Positions 49,289 to 53,464 of a stretch of DNA of 53,464 nt are shown in pieces (within the stretch, counting starts at the first letter, position 1; every line of letters begins with the position of its first letter). Under the pieces are notes generated by a model. That model saw only the letters and a program-made list of their open reading frames with translations, ran no database searches and was not told where the DNA came from. Location: NCBI GenBank assembly GCA_964525185.1, contig CAZGFQ010000009.1, forward strand, positions 3,791 to 57,254, given 5' to 3'. The translations under genes and the position numbers were made by a program. The stretch is from an uncultured bacterium. GTDB lineage: Bacteria; Fidelibacterota; Marinisomatia; Marinisomatales; UBA1611.

Positions 49289-50143
49289 ATGAACCCTGTT
49301 GAAAAAATATCATACATAGCACTAAAAACGCTTTCTAAACTGTTGGGGCATTTATCTCAATCTGGTAGACAAAAATGTGGGGATTTCCTTGCATCAGTCG
49401 GTTATAGAATTATAACAACTCGAAAAAACGAAGCTCTATCAAATATAAAACGAGCCTTTCCCGAAAAAAGTAGCGCTTGGCATACTCAAATATTGAAAGA
49501 AGCATATCGTTTCTTTTCAGATATGTTTAGCCTGTTTATGTCTTATCCAAATGTGTTTCGATTTATTACATTTACCGAATCTAATAAATCCATCCTCGAT
49601 GAAGCTCTCAAGCTCAATAAGGGAGTTATTTTTATAACTGGCCATTTTGGGTCTTGGGAATTATTAGCTGCGTGGATGGGGCGAGCTGGTTATCCTTTTT
49701 ATGGTGTTGCTCAAAGACAAAAAAACTTGGGTGCGAATCGTTTTTTTGAGGAACAACGATCTTCAAATAATGTTGGACATTTATTTAGAAAAGATTCTTT
49801 AGAAAAAATGTATGATTTGTTAAATAATAATTCTATCCTTGCTTTGGTCAGTGATCAGGATGCTAAACATACTGGCGTATTTGTTGACTTTTTTAAAACA
49901 CCATCATCCACAACAAAAGGAGCAGCTAAATTCCATATAAATACGGGAGCTCCGATGGTTTTCGCTTCTTGTGTAAAAACGCATTATAATAAATATCACG
50001 TTTCATTTGAATCTATCCCAAACGGGAACGATATAGTGGGGATTACCCAATCTTTTACAACTGTATTGGAAAATAATATTCGAAAATATCCCGAACAATA
50101 TTTTTGGTTCCACCGTCGATGGAAAACGAAAAAATATGATTAA
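49289..50143 (+). CDS. Lipid A late acyltransferase (LpxL/HtrB family)
   Basis: TGHFGSWE, SDQ, FVDFF, IRKYPEQYFWFHRRWK. Confidence 0.9.
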   Translation: MNPVEKISYIALKTLSKLLGHLSQSGRQKCGDFLASVGYRIITTRKNEALSNIKRAFPEKSSAWHTQILKEAYRFFSDMFSLFMSYPNVFRFITFTESNKSILDEALKLNKGVIFITGHFGSWELLAAWMGRAGYPFYGVAQRQKNLGANRFFEEQRSSNNVGHLFRKDSLEKMYDLLNNNSILALVSDQDAKHTGVFVDFFKTPSSTTKGAAKFHINTGAPMVFASCVKTHYNKYHVSFESIPNGNDIVGITQSFTTVLENNIRKYPEQYFWFHRRWKTKKYD

Positions 50144-50699
50144 TTGGAAAGACGATCAAGCTCTAAAGCGTGCAAAGATTGCGCTTAAGAATAAAGGTGT
50201 AATTATTTATCCAACAGATACTATTTATGGCTTTGGAGGAGATGCAACATTATATCAAGCTGTTAATAAAATTAATACGATAAAGGGAAGATCGTCTCCC
50301 ATGAGTGTTTTAGCGCCTAATATTAAAACAGCACTTTCTTGGATGAACATTCATCCCGACTCGCTTGATGATATTTCAAATGTGTTAGGTGGAAAAACAA
50401 CAATCATTGTACCAGTCAATGATGGTATCGTTCATTCTTCAATTCTTGGCGAAGGGAGTACACTAGGAATTAGAATCCCAGACCATCCTTTTTGTCACCA
50501 ATTATCAAATGAATATCCAAATCCAATCATAACTACAAGTGTTAATCGTACCGGGCAATTACCGAAAACAACTCCACGTGACATCAATTTGGAATTTGGT
50601 GATGAAATTGATTTATTGATTGAAAATGGAATTATTGAAGGGACGGCTTCTACAATTTATAAATATGAAGATGGAAGACTTATTATTTTAAGATCATGA
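50136..50699 (+). CDS. tsaC: L-threonylcarbamoyladenylate synthase (TsaC/YrdC)
   Basis: YPTDTIYG, KGR, GIRIPDH, TTSVN, AST. Confidence 0.9.
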   Translation: MINWKDDQALKRAKIALKNKGVIIYPTDTIYGFGGDATLYQAVNKINTIKGRSSPMSVLAPNIKTALSWMNIHPDSLDDISNVLGGKTTIIVPVNDGIVHSSILGEGSTLGIRIPDHPFCHQLSNEYPNPIITTSVNRTGQLPKTTPRDINLEFGDEIDLLIENGIIEGTASTIYKYEDGRLIILRS

Positions 50700-51397
50700 A
50701 ACACCTTTTTATTCTTTTACTATTTTCCTTTATAAATGGCGAAAAACTGCCTTTCCATGTTGGAGAAAAATTTAATTATGAATTTCAATTCAATATTCTA
50801 GAAGCAGGGCAAGCTAGTTTAGAGGTCATCGGAATTGATACAATTAGTGGGCATCCTTGCTATAATATTCAATTCATTGCAGGAACAAGTTATTGGGGAG
50901 ATTTTCTTTTTACAATTCGCGATACAATTTCTATCTGGATTGATCAAAAAACATTGTCTACTCGGCAAATAAAAAAAAGTATTCATGAAGGTAATTATCA
51001 TAAAAATACAAATATTTTAGTTTATGAAGATCAGCTATATGCAACATCAAATGGTGATACAATTGAAATAAAAACTCCAGTTCAAGATCCTTATTCTCTT
51101 TTTTATTATTTACGAACCCTTCCTTTATCGTTGGGTGATATTTATTCTTTTACAGCCATCGATGGGCGTGAGTTAACAGATGTTAAATTAAAAGTTGATC
51201 GTCAAACACGAGTTCGTACCCCTATGCAATGGTGGGACTGTGTTAAGGTTCGACCCTATAAAGAAACTGGGAATCTATTAAAAGATGAAGGTGAAATGAC
51301 TATTTGGTTTTCAAATGATGAAAATAAATATCCCGTTAGAATTCGTATTGAACTCAAATACGGTTCACTCATTTTAGAATTATTAAATATTAGTTAA
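50696..51397 (+). CDS. DUF3108-like exported protein
   Basis: Signal peptide, GEKFNY, EGNY, QDPYSLFYYLR, IWFSNDENKYPVRI. Confidence 0.78.
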   Translation: MKHLFILLLFSFINGEKLPFHVGEKFNYEFQFNILEAGQASLEVIGIDTISGHPCYNIQFIAGTSYWGDFLFTIRDTISIWIDQKTLSTRQIKKSIHEGNYHKNTNILVYEDQLYATSNGDTIEIKTPVQDPYSLFYYLRTLPLSLGDIYSFTAIDGRELTDVKLKVDRQTRVRTPMQWWDCVKVRPYKETGNLLKDEGEMTIWFSNDENKYPVRIRIELKYGSLILELLNIS

Positions 51398-52562
51398 ATA
51401 GTCGCCCAACGTCATTGAAAATAACCGTAATCATCATTAGCAATAAAAAAGCCATTCCTATTTGTTGAATAACCATTCTTGCTTTAAAGCTTAGTGGTCG
51501 CCGAATAATACTTTCAATTAATATTACAAAAATATGGCCGCCATCTAAACCGGGAATTGGTATAATATTTAAAAAAGCAAGGTTTACAGAAAGCATCCCC
51601 ATAAAAGTTAATAATGGAACCCACCCTGCTTTTGCTGTTTCGCCTGCTAATTGAGCAATCATGATTGGCCCACCCATATCGTCCATAGATGCATCACCAG
51701 AAATAAGCATTTGGATAGACATTACAATAAGGGCAAAACTATTAACCGTTGATGTAATTCCTGCCTGCATAGCTTTACCAACACTTACCGGTTGATAATT
51801 AAAAATAGGCGCAATTCCAATAGCACCCAATGTATCAAGCCCATTTTCGGTAGGAACTTGTTGATACGACGTTTTCATTTGAATCGCAAATTCTTCTCCA
51901 TTTCTCTCATATGTTAAAGAAATGGATGAATCTGGTAATTGGTGAATCATTTCTGTTATTTCTTTCCATGAACTAATTTCTTTTTCATTTATTGAAATAA
52001 TACGATCGCCAGAGATTAAACCCATTTCTCCTGCTGGCATATTTTTTCTCACTTCAGATATGACAGGTTCGTTGCTTACTTCGGGGTACCCTTGAATAAA
52101 TGCAATACCTGAAAATATAATAAATGCAGTCAAAATATTCATAATGACTCCAGCAGACATAACCCACACTTTCGCCAAATTTGATTTACTCATGAATTCA
52201 TCAGGTTCATATTTTATTTCAGTATCTAAACTTTCATCAATAATTCCAGCCATTTTTACGTAGCCACCTAAAGGAATTAATGCTAAACAATATTCTGTGG
52301 TCGATCCTATTTTTCCCGGACTAGAAAAAGTTTTTTCAAAAACAGGACCCCACTCCATGCTCCCGAATTTATTTCTACTATAAAAATAAAACGCCATTAA
52401 CCACCCATCATTTATAGATGTAAATGTTAATAACCGTGGAGGAAAGCCAATTGAAAAGCGTTCAACTCGTATACCAACAGAACGAGCAGCAAGGTAATGC
52501 CCTAATTCGTGAACAAAGACTAAAACGCCTAATACTAAAATTGTTGCCCAAATAAATGTCAT
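51390..52562 (-). CDS. rseP: RIP metalloprotease RseP
   Basis: HELGH, FSIGF, IPLGGYV, single PDZ, NIIPIPGLDGG; dxr-rseP synteny. Confidence 0.97.
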   Translation of the reverse strand: MTFIWATILVLGVLVFVHELGHYLAARSVGIRVERFSIGFPPRLLTFTSINDGWLMAFYFYSRNKFGSMEWGPVFEKTFSSPGKIGSTTEYCLALIPLGGYVKMAGIIDESLDTEIKYEPDEFMSKSNLAKVWVMSAGVIMNILTAFIIFSGIAFIQGYPEVSNEPVISEVRKNMPAGEMGLISGDRIISINEKEISSWKEITEMIHQLPDSSISLTYERNGEEFAIQMKTSYQQVPTENGLDTLGAIGIAPIFNYQPVSVGKAMQAGITSTVNSFALIVMSIQMLISGDASMDDMGGPIMIAQLAGETAKAGWVPLLTFMGMLSVNLAFLNIIPIPGLDGGHIFVILIESIIRRPLSFKARMVIQQIGMAFLLLMMITVIFNDVGRLFN

Positions 52563-52621
52563 TCTTTATAATTCTCCCTTAAGAAGTCGTCTAAACATAA
52601 TTATTAATTAAATTGTTTCTA

Positions 52622-53464
52622 CTAACTGTTTTCTCTAACAAAAGTTTCACCCCATTTTTCAAGAAGAATCAAATCTTCCAAAGAAGGATGCTCAATCCAA
52701 TGATGTAAATCCATCGCTTTTTCTATCAATTTTGGAATAGCGGTAAATTTGATTTTATTATCTAAAAATTGATAAACAGAATATTCATTTACAACATTCA
52801 AAACGGCAGGTGTTGTTCCACCTTTCTCCAATGAATCAAAAGCTAATTGGATGCATGGAAATCGTTCAATATCTGGAGGTTGAAATGTCAAGTTTCCACA
52901 GGTAGTCAAATCCAACCTTTCCCAAGAAGCTTTTAAATGGCGAGGGTATGTAAGCGCATATTGGATTGGCACTTTCATATCAGGGACACCTAGTTGTGCC
53001 TTTACAGAACCATCATTCATTTCAACCATAGAATGAATGATAGATTGAGGATGAACAACTATATCAATTTGATTTACAGGTATTTTAAATAACCAATATG
53101 CTTCAATAACTTCTAATCCTTTATTCATCATAGTAGCTGAATCAATTGTTATTTTTGATCCCATATCCCAGTTGGGGTGATTAAGTGCTTCTTCGATTGT
53201 AATGCTTGAAAAGCTACCTAAATCCCGCGTACGAAATGGGCCACCACTTCCCGTTAGTATAATGCGGGATACATCATCCATTTTTTCACCAACCAAACAT
53301 TGCCAAATAGCAGAATGTTCACTATCAACAGGGAAAATTGTAGCACCTGTTTTATCGCAGATATTGGATATAATATCCCCAGCCATGACTAAGCTCTCTT
53401 TATTAGATAGGGCAATATCTATTCCAGATTTTGCGGCAATCACTGTGGGTTCCATTCCAGAAGT
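52622..53464 (-). CDS. dxr: 1-deoxy-D-xylulose-5-phosphate reductoisomerase (5' end outside the window)
   Basis: NKESLV, PVDSEHSA, SGGPFR, HPNWDMG.KITIDSATMMNKGLE. Confidence 0.97.
   Translation of the reverse strand, partial: TSGMEPTVIAAKSGIDIALSNKESLVMAGDIISNICDKTGATIFPVDSEHSAIWQCLVGEKMDDVSRIILTGSGGPFRTRDLGSFSSITIEEALNHPNWDMGSKITIDSATMMNKGLEVIEAYWLFKIPVNQIDIVVHPQSIIHSMVEMNDGSVKAQLGVPDMKVPIQYALTYPRHLKASWERLDLTTCGNLTFQPPDIERFPCIQLAFDSLEKGGTTPAVLNVVNEYSVYQFLDNKIKFTAIPKLIEKAMDLHHWIEHPSLEDLILLEKWGETFVRENS

Noticed and set aside
1022-51001. Numerous 60-113 aa ORFs antisense to or nested in real genes (e.g. 1022-1321, 7235-7576, 10544-10810, 17129-17464, 19466-19789, 48289-48591)
   Set aside because: They fully or largely overlap well-supported genes and lack motifs; the Ser/Phe-rich 10544-10810 ORF is just the mirror of the E/K-rich tail
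51390-51397. Convergent 8-nt overlap of DUF3108 and rseP as antisense regulation
   Set aside because: Short 3' overlaps are common in compact genomes and nothing else supports it
1-53464. CRISPR array or additional cas genes accompanying the Cas6-like gene
   Set aside because: No intergenic gap exceeds about 200 nt, no repeat-spacer periodicity was seen, and no other ORF shows Cas motifs
1-53464. tRNA, rRNA, IS elements, integrases or prophage genes
   Set aside because: No cloverleaf or T-loop signatures in the short intergenic gaps and no transposase, integrase or phage motifs recognised

Overview
Low-GC (about one third G+C by eye), very gene-dense bacterial chromosomal window with about 55 CDS and no rRNA, tRNA, CRISPR array or mobile element that I can see. 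Gene content (type B L31, UbiA/DGGGP-synthase-like prenyltransferase, PorV/PorQ-like barrel, lamin-tail protein with a PNPFSPNNDG C-terminal sorting-type domain, lipid A acyltransferase) points to an FCB-group diderm, plausibly Ca. Marinimicrobia (inference, not verified). Most genes are housekeeping: dnaE, prfA/prmC, rho, folC, murI, amidase, eno-ftsB, dnaG, a cdd-udk-tdk-nupC-adk-coaE run, nfeD-floA, rseP-dxr and a 5-gene glycosylation operon. The standout is an orphan Cas6b-like RAMP protein (10459-11505) between rho and an aminotransferase, with no other cas gene or array in the window. It has an intact Gly-rich loop, lacks the usual N-terminal His pair and carries a long charged tail, so it is a candidate domesticated RNA-binding/processing factor. 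Other oddities: a motif-degenerate DNA methyltransferase heading the yqeY-cvpA-dnaG run, a tandem pair of tiny paralogous GFAGLLAL membrane proteins with strong expression signals, an AMIN-like domain shared by three envelope proteins, and recurrent -10-like boxes 5-8 nt before SD-less start codons. All family calls are by motif recognition; no searches were run.
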